Below, in pieces: positions 9,171 to 18,883 of a DNA stretch of 56,883 nt. How positions within the stretch are numbered: the first letter of the stretch is position 1; each line of letters starts with the position of its first letter. Under the pieces are notes generated by a model. The model was not told the origin of the DNA. It ran no database searches and was given only the letters and a program-made list of their open reading frames with translations. This DNA comes from a virus (taxonomy: Duplodnaviria; Caudoviricetes): positions 1 to 56,883 of the IMG/VR virus record IMGVR_UViG_3300033156_001123; one strand, written 5' to 3'. A program made the position numbers and the translations under genes.

Positions 9171-9849
9171 AATTCTTACTCCTTTGTCTTGCAATATTAG
9201 ACAAAACCATTCTCCAAAATTCTCTATCTCTTCTTATGCTTAAATGGCATTGTGTGCACAAACTGATAAGATTTTCAGGTGAATTATTCTCAGGTTGCTC
9301 ATCTATATGATGAACTTCTAATTGTCTTATACATTCTCTCTCTGGTACTCCACAAATCTGGCACTTATAATCATCCCGCTGTCGAATAATAGCTCTCAAT
9401 TGCTTAAATTCTGGTGGATAAGGCTTATAACTCCTGCCATCTATCCAAGATGGATTTAGTTCTCCACAAAATCTACCTTTTAAGGATTCAGAGATTTTCT
9501 TCCTTACTTCTTCTCGACAAGCTGGATTATATTTTTTCATCCATTCTGCTTGTAAAGCAATTCTTCTATCAGTCTCCTTATTTTTCCCTTTATTCCAAGG
9601 AGCTTTAATCTTCCGACGATCAATTTTAGGCTTTTTAATTTTATATCCTGATTTTCCTTTATTCCAAGGGATATGACCTTTCTGAAAACCATTCTTATTT
9701 CCCAATAAAGCTTTACTCATCTTCTCTCTGGTCTCTGCTGTAGGTCTTTTTCCTCTATGTGATTCACTTAACTTTTGTCTAATTTCAGCTGCTCTCTCTT
9801 TGCCATATTCTTGTTCTAAGCTAATTCCTTTCCGATGAGACTTTCTCAT
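9151..9849 (-). CDS. free-standing HNH homing endonuclease with NUMOD3 repeats
   Basis: ETREKMS/PWNKG repeats; RDDYKCQICG...LEVHHID...NNSPENLISLCTQCH. Confidence 0.9.
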   Translation of the reverse strand: MRKSHRKGISLEQEYGKERAAEIRQKLSESHRGKRPTAETREKMSKALLGNKNGFQKGHIPWNKGKSGYKIKKPKIDRRKIKAPWNKGKNKETDRRIALQAEWMKKYNPACREEVRKKISESLKGRFCGELNPSWIDGRSYKPYPPEFKQLRAIIRQRDDYKCQICGVPERECIRQLEVHHIDEQPENNSPENLISLCTQCHLSIRRDREFWRMVLSNIARQRSKNYVNDKK

Positions 9850-9860
9850 TTTATCCTCCT

Positions 9861-10499
9861 TTAATATCCATCAACCTTTCTACCCATATAAGCGAATGCT
9901 AATTGGCCCACCTTATTTCTCCATCTCCTCCAACCGTACCTCACAAGTCTGGACACAATACATTCAAAATGTTTATCAACTATATCTCTAAACCAGCTGT
10001 ATGTTAAACTGTGTTTGTGTGCTGGATGTGGGTTAATTATACTATTATTTATACAACAATGAACAGCTAAAAAACCCCCTGGTCTCAATATTCTCCACAT
10101 TTCTTTGATAGCTTTAGCTGGATTTTCAAAATGGTCTAAAGCGTTCATACACAGAACCAAATGAGCAAAATTATTCTCCAGTGGCAAATTCTCTGCTACC
10201 CCTTGAATCCAAACTATAGATGTATCTCTGGGAATCACTTTAACATATTCATCAATTAAAGGGTCAACAGCAACTTTCATAATAGCTTCTGGTATATATA
10301 CTAAAGCTGAAATCGGTCCGCTACCTACATCAATGATTATTTTATTGTCCAATCTCAACAAGTTAACCCCCATTTCTTCCAGCATTTTTGGATACCTAAC
10401 TTTTTCTCTTTCAAGTTTTTCCCATCTTTTTTCTTCGTCTGATAATAGCCAAGTTGATAATTCAGCTTTCAATACTTCATTCATTTGGCACACTCCCAA
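9861..10499 (-). CDS. class I SAM-dependent methyltransferase (probable start ATG 10484)
   Basis: IIDVGSGP, GVAENLP, NALDHF, EMWRILRPGG. Confidence 0.9.
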   Translation of the reverse strand: MGVCQMNEVLKAELSTWLLSDEEKRWEKLEREKVRYPKMLEEMGVNLLRLDNKIIIDVGSGPISALVYIPEAIMKVAVDPLIDEYVKVIPRDTSIVWIQGVAENLPLENNFAHLVLCMNALDHFENPAKAIKEMWRILRPGGFLAVHCCINNSIINPHPAHKHSLTYSWFRDIVDKHFECIVSRLVRYGWRRWRNKVGQLAFAYMGRKVDGY

Positions 10500-11244
10500 A
10501 AATTAAAGGCTTTCTGCTAACCCCTACTTCTTTACCTTTCCACCTCATGCTTGTAAAAGGTTCACCAAACCCAAAATTGGTCACTAAGTCTATTTTTGGT
10601 AAAGCTATCCAATATCCTTCTTTTTTCAAGTGCATCTTATATTCATAGTCTTCTCCAAATGCCCACGAGCCTTCAATAAAATCTCCATATTTTTCATATA
10701 TCTCTCTCCTAAAAGCCATTGCTGAGCCAACCTGATCTTCATGAATTTCAATAGTCAAACCATCTCTGGTAACTTCTTTAATCAACATTTTTCTCCAATC
10801 ACAAGGGTCATACCAATATTTGAACAATCCCAAAACTCCAATCTCTGGAAATGTTTCAAGAATTGCCACAGCTTTTTCAAGCCACAAGGGTTTAAATTCC
10901 AAATCAGAATCCAACTTGAACAAATATTTTCCGTGAGCACAGTGAAATCCTTTATTAATTGATGCTCCTACCCCTTGATTCTTGCCTGCATTTAGAATTA
11001 AACAGCTTAATTCTTTAGCTTTATATAACCTTAAAAGAAATTCCACATTCTCCTCTTCCATCGAACCATCATCTACTATTATGAGTTCGTACGGATATTT
11101 GGTATTTTTCTTCAATGAAGCAATTGTAGTATGAAGAAATTGTGGCCTGTTAAAAGAAAGAACTACCAAACTTGCTAATGGTTTACCTCCTACTGTAATG
11201 TATGGAATCCTATTTTCTTTATCATCTAAAAATTTCTTTTGCAT
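10477..11244 (-). CDS. GT2 glycosyltransferase
   Basis: SLVVLSFNR, IIVDDGS, KLDSD, GEDYEY. Confidence 0.9.
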   Translation of the reverse strand: MQKKFLDDKENRIPYITVGGKPLASLVVLSFNRPQFLHTTIASLKKNTKYPYELIIVDDGSMEEENVEFLLRLYKAKELSCLILNAGKNQGVGASINKGFHCAHGKYLFKLDSDLEFKPLWLEKAVAILETFPEIGVLGLFKYWYDPCDWRKMLIKEVTRDGLTIEIHEDQVGSAMAFRREIYEKYGDFIEGSWAFGEDYEYKMHLKKEGYWIALPKIDLVTNFGFGEPFTSMRWKGKEVGVSRKPLIFGSVPNE

Positions 11245-11765
11245 TACTTAACTGCCATCAAAGTTGTAAACAAACCTTCGCCTTGAACAAAATTCTTTAA
11301 TACTTCAAATCTGGCTCTAACTCCGTAAGCTTCTCTGTCTCTGTTATCAGCTGAAGGCAGCCACCATGACCATAAATCTGGATGAATTAATCTTTTGTGG
11401 TCAGGATGTGCATATGCATATTTAGATGTCCACAGAGGATTAATCATTTCTAATATGCCTTTTCTTTTCAACACTCTCCAAATTTCTTCCATAACAAAAA
11501 TCAAATTGTTCACATGCTCCATAAAATGCGAAGCATAAATAAAATCTATAGTGCAATCTCCAAAAGGCAAACCATGTTTATCCACATCCCTAACAATATC
11601 AACTCCAGGACATTTATAATTATCAATTCCTATAAAACCAGGAGGAATTTGCCTTTTTCTATCTCCACAGCCAAGATCAACTTTTACGCAATTTGGATTC
11701 GTTAATGGTAAAGCTATTGAATCACTACTTGTTAATCTCAACTTAACTTGAATACTTTCAATCAT
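11244..11765 (-). CDS. small class I SAM-dependent methyltransferase
   Basis: VDLGCG, LPFGDCTID, SHFMEH, EEIWRVLK, HPDHKR. Confidence 0.85.
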   Translation of the reverse strand: MIESIQVKLRLTSSDSIALPLTNPNCVKVDLGCGDRKRQIPPGFIGIDNYKCPGVDIVRDVDKHGLPFGDCTIDFIYASHFMEHVNNLIFVMEEIWRVLKRKGILEMINPLWTSKYAYAHPDHKRLIHPDLWSWWLPSADNRDREAYGVRARFEVLKNFVQGEGLFTTLMAVK

Positions 11766-12793
11766 AGTATGCTACAAACCCTTTTTCTATTTTTGTGCGC
11801 CCAATCCCAAATTATGTCTATTACTTGTTTTGGATTGAGTTTTGGCTGCCAATACTTCGAGACTTTCCTGATATCACTTACATATACCAAGTGGTCAGCT
11901 GGCCTCCAATTTTGATACACTACTCTATATGGCCGTTGGTCTAAATTAGATAGATATTCTAATACTTCAATCAGTGATACAGTATTATTAGGTCCACCAC
12001 CAACATTATACACTTGGCCTTTGTGTACATCTATATCTTCAATCTCTTTCAAAAACAAATCAGCCAAATCTCCAACATATAACACATCCCTAACTTGCTT
12101 ACCATCACCATAAATATTTATCACAGCATCAACCATTTTAGCATAAACAAACCAAGATACCCACCCTTGTTCTTCTTTACCAAGCTGCCTTTCCCCAGCT
12201 ATACAGCTCATCCTATTCACAACAGTAGGAACACCATAAGTATGATAATATTCTTGGCAATATCTATCTCCTATATATTTAGAACAACCATATGGGCTAT
12301 AAGCGGCTCTACCTCCAGAGTCAACTGGAAAACCTTCAGGGATACCTAAAATAAATTTTTTGTCTATCCATTTTCTCTTATTGTCAAAGATCTTAGATTG
12401 AATTTCATTTACTTCACAAGAATAAACTTTATTAGTGCTACAATAAATTACTGGCATTTTACCATTATTCTTGGCCAATTCAAGCACATTTAAAGTACCT
12501 AAAGCATTTACTTCAAAGTCATAAATGGGATCTTCAATTGAAGCTGGAACTCCTGGCTGTGCTGCTGTGTGAATAATGGCATCAACATTTTTAATTCTGG
12601 ACAGCTGGTCATAATTCCTTACATCTCCCTTTATAAAAACAAAATTCTGATTTTTGCTCAATTCCTCTAAGTTGCTTTCTGAGCCTTTTCTGCACAAATT
12701 ATCAAAAGCAACCACATTGTACCCTCTACTTAAAGCTCTCAATGCCACATTTGTACCAATAAAACCACAGCCACCAGTAATTAATATTAGCAT
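11762..12793 (-). CDS. CDP-paratose 2-epimerase (tyvelose epimerase)-like SDR
   Basis: GGCGFIG, STNKVY, SPYGCSK, NRMSCIAGERQ, QGWVSWF, GKQVRDVLY. Confidence 0.8.
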   Translation of the reverse strand: MLILITGGCGFIGTNVALRALSRGYNVVAFDNLCRKGSESNLEELSKNQNFVFIKGDVRNYDQLSRIKNVDAIIHTAAQPGVPASIEDPIYDFEVNALGTLNVLELAKNNGKMPVIYCSTNKVYSCEVNEIQSKIFDNKRKWIDKKFILGIPEGFPVDSGGRAAYSPYGCSKYIGDRYCQEYYHTYGVPTVVNRMSCIAGERQLGKEEQGWVSWFVYAKMVDAVINIYGDGKQVRDVLYVGDLADLFLKEIEDIDVHKGQVYNVGGGPNNTVSLIEVLEYLSNLDQRPYRVVYQNWRPADHLVYVSDIRKVSKYWQPKLNPKQVIDIIWDWAHKNRKRVCSIL

Positions 12794-13621
12794 CTATGCT
12801 CTCCTTTCATTCTTAACATATTCTCCAATACATTCTGGAATCACTTCCTCAATATTTCTTACTTTAAAGCCCGATTGTTCAAGTTTTTGAGTGGACAAAA
12901 TCAGATTAGTCCTATTAAGTCCCAATTCCTCAAAGTCAATAACTTTATATTCAAACTCTGGGTGTGCTTTTTTGTAATATTCCATTAATTGTGGGTATCT
13001 TAGCCCACCTTTATTAACAACATTATATACTCCTCTTGCATCAATTGAAATCAAATGTTCTACAGCTTTTATAAAGTCAGGGATATATGTAATAGAATTT
13101 GGAATATCTATAACTTTTTTATATTTGATTAGCTTAGTCAGAAGATTATGTGAGTGAACCTTTACGTCCAGAGGAATTCTAATCCTGACGATTAAAATTG
13201 GGTAACTTTCAGCTAAAACTGATAATGCCCTTTCTGCATAGATTTTGGATCTTGAATAAAAAAGCTTGAAATAATCTGGCGGTAAATTCTCTGTGATGAT
13301 CTCAGACCCATGATAATGATAAATACAACCACTGCTAATATGAATCATTTTAATTCCTTTCCTAATAGCAATTTCAGCTAAAATAATAGGAATTGCCACA
13401 TTAGCAAATATTGTTTTATCTTTATCTGTTTCACAATCATCAACATTATTAACTCCTGTATAACCTATACAATTGATTATAATTGATGGTGAATACTTTT
13501 GGATCTCATTCTCAGCATCCTCAAAAGTATAAATCTTACGATCTGATATTTCACATTGTAACCCCTCCAAAAGCCTACCGCCTATAAATCCCTTACCGAT
13601 TATTAGAATTTTTTGTTTCAT
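12794..13621 (-). CDS. NDP-4-keto-6-deoxyglucose 3,5-epimerase/4-reductase-like SDR (NRS/ER, RmlD-like)
   Basis: GKGFIG, TGVNNVDDCE, SSGCIY, FYSRSK, RIRIP, KVIDIPNSIT closely follow the NRS/ER pattern. Confidence 0.75.
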   Translation of the reverse strand: MKQKILIIGKGFIGGRLLEGLQCEISDRKIYTFEDAENEIQKYSPSIIINCIGYTGVNNVDDCETDKDKTIFANVAIPIILAEIAIRKGIKMIHISSGCIYHYHGSEIITENLPPDYFKLFYSRSKIYAERALSVLAESYPILIVRIRIPLDVKVHSHNLLTKLIKYKKVIDIPNSITYIPDFIKAVEHLISIDARGVYNVVNKGGLRYPQLMEYYKKAHPEFEYKVIDFEELGLNRTNLILSTQKLEQSGFKVRNIEEVIPECIGEYVKNERRA

Positions 13622-14108
13622 TTTCTATAACCTTTGATGCCTCCAATAAATTTGCAGCAATTGTTGGACTTAAAGGACTCTTAACCAAAATGCTCCTGCA
13701 GCCCAAAGTATCAGCAGCTACTAAATCAGACAGACTATCTCCTATTACATATGATTCCTTAACATCTATATTCCAATCTCTAATAGCTTTCACAAACATA
13801 CCCAATTTCGGCTTTCTGTCACTACTATAATCTGGACAAACATAAATTGCATCTATAGTTATTCCAAATTTTTCAAATTCTTTTTTCATGTGTTCATGAA
13901 TAGCATTTACATCTTGTTCTGTTGCTTTACCTAAATAAATACCAAATTGATTCGTGATAATAATTATCAAATATCCCAATCTTTTAAATCTCTTCAAAGC
14001 ACCAATGACTCCAGGAAGAATCTTAAAATCCTCAACTTTAGTAACATATTTTCCTGGCTCAACATGATTAATTACCCCATCTCTGTCTAAAAATACTGCT
14101 TTATTCAT
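13593..14108 (-). CDS. gmhB: D,D-heptose 1,7-bisphosphate phosphatase
   Basis: AVFLDRDGVIN, ITNQ, RKPK.GM, IGDS.SD; inside the heptose cluster. Confidence 0.9.
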   Translation of the reverse strand: MNKAVFLDRDGVINHVEPGKYVTKVEDFKILPGVIGALKRFKRLGYLIIIITNQFGIYLGKATEQDVNAIHEHMKKEFEKFGITIDAIYVCPDYSSDRKPKLGMFVKAIRDWNIDVKESYVIGDSLSDLVAADTLGCRSILVKSPLSPTIAANLLEASKVIENETKNSNNR

Positions 14109-14644
14109 TACCTCCTACCCTTCAAATAACTTGAAATTGAGTGTGCTATCGCAAGATGTATATCCTCTACCATCTCATAGTTCTTTAGTCCAACTCCTAT
14201 ATATTTATCGCAACATTCAGCTACCTGTCCACTACCCGAAAAGCCTAACAAAGCAAATACAATCATCCCAATCCTTTTAGCAACTTTTGCTGCCTCAACT
14301 AAATTCTTCGAATTACCAGAAACTGAGATTATCATTAATATATCCTGGTCAGTACCAAACAATTTCAATTGCTCTGAGTAACTTTTTGAAAAATCTATAT
14401 CATTCGACAAAGCTGTCACCAAGCCCGAATTGTCAACCAGCGAGATAGCTCTAATACCACAATTCTTCACTAAGTCAGTAGCAAAATGGCTCGCAGTTTC
14501 AGCAGATCCACCATTCCCAACAATATATATTTTACCTTCACATATTTTTATATACTCAGCCATATAGCCAATATCATCTATATAATCAGCAATTGACTCC
14601 AAGAAATAAGCTGTCAAATGAGCAAAATAATCATCAATTTTCAT
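14108..14644 (-). CDS. gmhA: phosphoheptose (sedoheptulose-7-P) isomerase
   Basis: GNGGSA, TALSND, ISVSGNSKN, VEDIHL. Confidence 0.9.
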   Translation of the reverse strand: MKIDDYFAHLTAYFLESIADYIDDIGYMAEYIKICEGKIYIVGNGGSAETASHFATDLVKNCGIRAISLVDNSGLVTALSNDIDFSKSYSEQLKLFGTDQDILMIISVSGNSKNLVEAAKVAKRIGMIVFALLGFSGSGQVAECCDKYIGVGLKNYEMVEDIHLAIAHSISSYLKGRR

Positions 14645-15570
14645 TTTATTCCCAAAACCTCCTTCTTAATCCATTCAGCTGTCAGCCTAATTGCCTCCTC
14701 TGGTGGAACTTTTGGATTATAACCCAGTACCTTCCTTGCTTTTTCATTGGAGAATAGCTCTCTTTGTCCAAACTCACCAGGTCTATATGGTTTTTCAATA
14801 ATCGGCACTCTTTTTCCACAAGCTTTCATACACAATTCAGCTATATCTCTCACTTTTAATTCTTTACCATAACTGACCTGAAATTTTTCTCCGACCACTT
14901 TCTCCCTTGGTGCTTGAATAGCTAATTCCCAAGCATCTAAAACATCATCAACATAAGTAGTATCTCTTGTTTGGTCGCCTCCTTCCAGAATTATTGGTTT
15001 ATTTCTCAAAATATTATAAATCCATTTGAATACAAAAATTTCTCTCCTCATACCAGGACCACAAATATATCCATTACTCATTACTACAATTGGAACCTTA
15101 TAACTTCTATACCACGCCCAGCAAGCCAATTCCTGTGCACATTTACTCCAAGAATAAGGATTGTGTGGCATCAAAGGATGATCTTCATCTATAGGTAAAT
15201 ACAATGGCCTGCCCCATTCATTACCTGAACCAGCATATATCAATTTCTCAATTTTGACTTTTCTGGCTGCTTCCAATAATGCCACTGTGCCCATAGCATT
15301 TTCCCAAGCAGTCCAAACTGGAGAAGGAAAACCCATTGGCACATCCGCTTGTGCACAGAAGTGAACAACAATATCATGGCCTTCAATATCTTCAGGTTGA
15401 ATATCATGAACAGCTTTCCATAAATAATTTAGTTTTGGATTATCAATATCTAAACCTGAATGCAGAGGAGCCACAATATCCAGAGCTGTTACTTCATAAC
15501 CTTTTTTCAGCAGCCTTTTAGTCAACCCAGATCCACCAAAACCAGCTGCTCCAGTAATTAGTACTTTCAA
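14641..15570 (-). CDS. NAD-dependent nucleotide-sugar epimerase/dehydratase
   Basis: TGAAGFGG, NPYSWSK, GGDQTRD, RPGE; embedded among the heptose genes. Confidence 0.85.
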   Translation of the reverse strand: MKVLITGAAGFGGSGLTKRLLKKGYEVTALDIVAPLHSGLDIDNPKLNYLWKAVHDIQPEDIEGHDIVVHFCAQADVPMGFPSPVWTAWENAMGTVALLEAARKVKIEKLIYAGSGNEWGRPLYLPIDEDHPLMPHNPYSWSKCAQELACWAWYRSYKVPIVVMSNGYICGPGMRREIFVFKWIYNILRNKPIILEGGDQTRDTTYVDDVLDAWELAIQAPREKVVGEKFQVSYGKELKVRDIAELCMKACGKRVPIIEKPYRPGEFGQRELFSNEKARKVLGYNPKVPPEEAIRLTAEWIKKEVLGIK

Positions 15571-15581
15571 GGTATACCTCC

Positions 15582-16556
15582 TTAATTAACATAAATTATC
15601 CTTGAACCCTCGAAATCAAATCTGAAAGGCACTTCTATTAACGGCCAAAGTGATTCTCTAACTTTTTGACGATTATATTTCTCAACAAATAAAAGAAGAA
15701 AACCTCTACCTCCAGCTCCGCACAGCTTACCACCTAATGCACCTGCCATTTTCGCTGTTTCATAAATTGTATCAATATCTTCATTCGTGATTAATTTAGA
15801 TAATTTCTTCTTCAGCTTCCATTCTTCATCCAACAGTAAACCAAAATCTGTAAGTTCTTTACCTTCTTCCAAACAATCTTTCATTTCATATGCCAATTCT
15901 CTCATCTCTTTCAAGACCAAATAGTTCTCTTTAAAGTTATAAGTAGAAATTACATCAGAAGCTCTCTTCCGCTTACTTATACCAGTATAAATTAACATCA
16001 GACTTTGATTTAATTCATCTTTAATCTCAGGTTCACAAAGTATAGGCTTGATATTTACCGCATCATTAGATTCAAACTCTATAAGGTTCAAACCTCCATA
16101 TGCTGCAGCATATTGGTCTTGTTTGCCTATATGCTCTTTAAGAATATCTATCTCTATTGCACAGGCTAACTCTGCCAATTCTGTTCTTGACAAATATTTA
16201 CTTTTCAGTGCACACAGAGCATTTAACAAGCCAACAGTAAAACTTGAAGAAGACCCTAAACCTGTCGCTTGAGGAATATCTGCAATTGAGGCTATATCAA
16301 CACCACTCACATTGATTAATTTTAAACATTCTCGAATAATAGGGTGTTTAATTTGATTAACTTTTTCAGCTTCCTCTACTTCAGAGTAGCACGCCCTTAT
16401 TCCACCGTCAAATCTTCTATTTAGAAAAATATACATATAGCGATTGATAGTTGTAGAAATTACTGCTCCAGTTTCTAAACCATAAAAATCCTTAATATCA
16501 GTACCGCCACCAGCAAAGCTAATTCTAAATGGTGTTCTTGAGATTATCATTGGCAA
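15582..16556 (-). CDS. hddA: D-glycero-alpha-D-manno-heptose-7-phosphate kinase (GHMP)
   Basis: RTPFRISFAGGGTD, GLGSSSS, GKQDQYAAAYGG, GGKLCGAGGRGF. Confidence 0.9.
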   Translation of the reverse strand: MPMIISRTPFRISFAGGGTDIKDFYGLETGAVISTTINRYMYIFLNRRFDGGIRACYSEVEEAEKVNQIKHPIIRECLKLINVSGVDIASIADIPQATGLGSSSSFTVGLLNALCALKSKYLSRTELAELACAIEIDILKEHIGKQDQYAAAYGGLNLIEFESNDAVNIKPILCEPEIKDELNQSLMLIYTGISKRKRASDVISTYNFKENYLVLKEMRELAYEMKDCLEEGKELTDFGLLLDEEWKLKKKLSKLITNEDIDTIYETAKMAGALGGKLCGAGGRGFLLLFVEKYNRQKVRESLWPLIEVPFRFDFEGSRIIYVN

Positions 16557-16583
16557 ATCTCCTAAATTTTTAATAACACATTT

Positions 16584-17261
16584 TTAAATCCCAACCATTT
16601 CTTTTTTAAATTTCTGCAGTCCAGAAAAAGTTCCAATATCATAAAACTTATTCTTACTTATATATGTTTTTACTTGTCTTTCAGAAATTAACTTCGGTAA
16701 TACTTCCTTTTCAAATGAAATAAAATATTTATCAGGAAATAAATTGAATATACCTTTATTCATTACCGAAACTCCTGCATCAATATAAACTGGGTCAAAA
16801 CCTGATTTGCTATATTCAATTAAATCACCATGCTGACCAATTTTACAATTTGCTTTTTCAGCTTCGCACACAACCATCATCATTAACCTATTGGATCTTT
16901 TAAATAACTTATATAACTCCAAATAATCAATATCTAAATAAGTATCTCCATTAACTACAAAAAAATCTTCTCCCAATAGATTTTTAGCTAATTTCAGTGA
17001 ACCTCCAGTGCCTGCTGGAATAACTTCATGGCTATATTCAATATTAACACCAAAAGCAGCTCCATCTCCAAAATATTTTTTTATCTGCCCACCTAAATAG
17101 CCAGTACAAATAACTAAATTAGCGATCTTATTCTTTTTCAACAGCCTAATCACATATTCCAAAAATGGGTATATACCTATCCTAATCATGGGCTTTGGCT
17201 CCAAATATGTCAAAGGTCTTAATCTTGTACCTTGTCCACCCGCCAAAATAACTGCTTGCAT
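16584..17261 (-). CDS. hddC: heptose-1-phosphate guanylyltransferase-like nucleotidyltransferase
   Basis: ILAGGQGTRLR, PKPM, GTGG, VNGDTY, FYDIGT; adjacent to hddA. Confidence 0.75.
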   Translation of the reverse strand: MQAVILAGGQGTRLRPLTYLEPKPMIRIGIYPFLEYVIRLLKKNKIANLVICTGYLGGQIKKYFGDGAAFGVNIEYSHEVIPAGTGGSLKLAKNLLGEDFFVVNGDTYLDIDYLELYKLFKRSNRLMMMVVCEAEKANCKIGQHGDLIEYSKSGFDPVYIDAGVSVMNKGIFNLFPDKYFISFEKEVLPKLISERQVKTYISKNKFYDIGTFSGLQKFKKEMVGI

Positions 17262-18107
17262 TCATCGCTCCTTTAACACTCCCCAATCTTTCCCAACATT
17301 AACTTTCCATTCATTAGGTTTCCTTGATTGCAATCTTAAATAATTTTTCTTAACTAACTCTGGCTGCCAAGTATACGGAGGTGGAGGTTCATGATATAAA
17401 TGTATAGCAATCATTTTATTTGTTCTAACTTCTTTAATTCCATAATATCTCAGTCGAGTTAATAGATCAATATCATCATAGCCTCCAGCTCCTCCGTCCA
17501 GAAATTCCTCATCATAACCACCAATCGCCAATAAGTGCTCCTTAAATGTTACTGCTATGTGATGAGTACCTCCATTTGGGAAATAAGTAATTGTGTCTGG
17601 CGGTGAACAATAGCCTACATAATAATCATGCACATTTGGTAATTTAGTTATTAAAATAGGATTTAATAGTTGTTTTTCACTTAATTGTCTCAAAGCTATT
17701 TCATAAACATCATACAAGGGGTTCGCAATCAATATTTTGTCTTCATTTTCAGGTTCAGAAAAAAATTCTTTAGCAATCTTAACATCTGGTGTTGGGTGAA
17801 GGACCTCTGGTTCTGTTAGCATAATTAAATCTCCAGTAGCCTTCTTAATACCACAATTCATTCCATGAACACAAATAGTCCAACCTGGATTGTTATTATA
17901 ATAATATTTCAAATTTACTTTAGGATACTCTTTCATAAAATTCTCAATAATTCTACCAGTACCATCTACAGAGCCATCATCAATAAAAATAATCTCATCA
18001 GGTGGCACTTGTTGGTTTATTAAACTCAATAAACTCCACCTAATAAGACCACCTCTGTTATAAGAAGACGTTACAGCCGATAATTTCATGTCCTTATTAC
18101 TCCCCAT
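17262..18107 (-). CDS. GT2 glycosyltransferase (GT7_C-like C-terminus)
   Basis: SYNR, IDDGSVD, IGGYDEEF, GYDDIDL, HLYH. Confidence 0.9.
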   Translation of the reverse strand: MGSNKDMKLSAVTSSYNRGGLIRWSLLSLINQQVPPDEIIFIDDGSVDGTGRIIENFMKEYPKVNLKYYYNNNPGWTICVHGMNCGIKKATGDLIMLTEPEVLHPTPDVKIAKEFFSEPENEDKILIANPLYDVYEIALRQLSEKQLLNPILITKLPNVHDYYVGYCSPPDTITYFPNGGTHHIAVTFKEHLLAIGGYDEEFLDGGAGGYDDIDLLTRLRYYGIKEVRTNKMIAIHLYHEPPPPYTWQPELVKKNYLRLQSRKPNEWKVNVGKDWGVLKER

Positions 18108-18883
18108 TCTTTATCTTTATTTGCTATTATTGGCTTGTTAGGATCTTCGTGTAAGGTCTTATTGTAATTCCAGTTCTCAAGACATCCTGTATAACCATGA
18201 GCTAAATGAACCACTTTTATACTTTCATCAGAAATACATCTGACACCAAATCTGCTCAATCTTGATTGCAAATCAATATCATCCCACCCCCAATGAGGTA
18301 AAAACCTTTCATCAAAACCACCAATTGCCATCAGCCACTCTTTTCTCACTGATGCACAATAGCAAGCTGAAACTCTTCTTGATACAGCAATATCTTCATA
18401 CTGAGGGATATAACCTTCTCTCCATTCAACCACTTCTTTTATTTTTGTAATTAATTCGGGATTTCTAAAATGTTCAAGACTTAAAATCCTAATAATCCCA
18501 GCAAACACAAAATAAACCGTCCCTGCTGACACAAATAATTTAAGTTCTCTTTTGTGCCAATCCACATGCTGTTTAATAGTATTGCCTATATGTAACACTT
18601 CTGGCTCTGTAAAAATAATCAGCTCTCCTTTAGCTTGTTTAATCCCGATGTTTTTTGCCAAACAGCAATTTGTATATCCTGGATTATTGTTATAAATATA
18701 TCTAATATTATGATTAGGATATTCACTCTGAAATGTTTTTATTAAGTCAGCCGTATAATCCTGACTACCATCATCAACTATAATTACCTCATCAGGTTTA
18801 TAATCTTGATTCAACAATGTATATAAACCCCTATTTAGATGTCCTGCTCTATTATAAGTTGTTATTATTACTGATACTTTCAC
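18086..18883 (-). CDS. GT2 glycosyltransferase
   Basis: VSVIITTYNR, VDDGSQD, IGGFDERF, WGWDDIDL. Confidence 0.9.
   Translation of the reverse strand: MKVSVIITTYNRAGHLNRGLYTLLNQDYKPDEVIIVDDGSQDYTADLIKTFQSEYPNHNIRYIYNNNPGYTNCCLAKNIGIKQAKGELIIFTEPEVLHIGNTIKQHVDWHKRELKLFVSAGTVYFVFAGIIRILSLEHFRNPELITKIKEVVEWREGYIPQYEDIAVSRRVSACYCASVRKEWLMAIGGFDERFLPHWGWDDIDLQSRLSRFGVRCISDESIKVVHLAHGYTGCLENWNYNKTLHEDPNKPIIANKDKEWGVIRT

Noticed and set aside
9151-9849. Group I intron around the HNH gene (also 20897-21790)
   Set aside because: Flanking genes are different complete proteins and there is no room for a ribozyme core
16557-16583. Possible late-promoter motif TTATTA(A/T)AA (also near 32850 and 46190)
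   Set aside because: Too low-complexity in an AT-rich genome to support without TSS data
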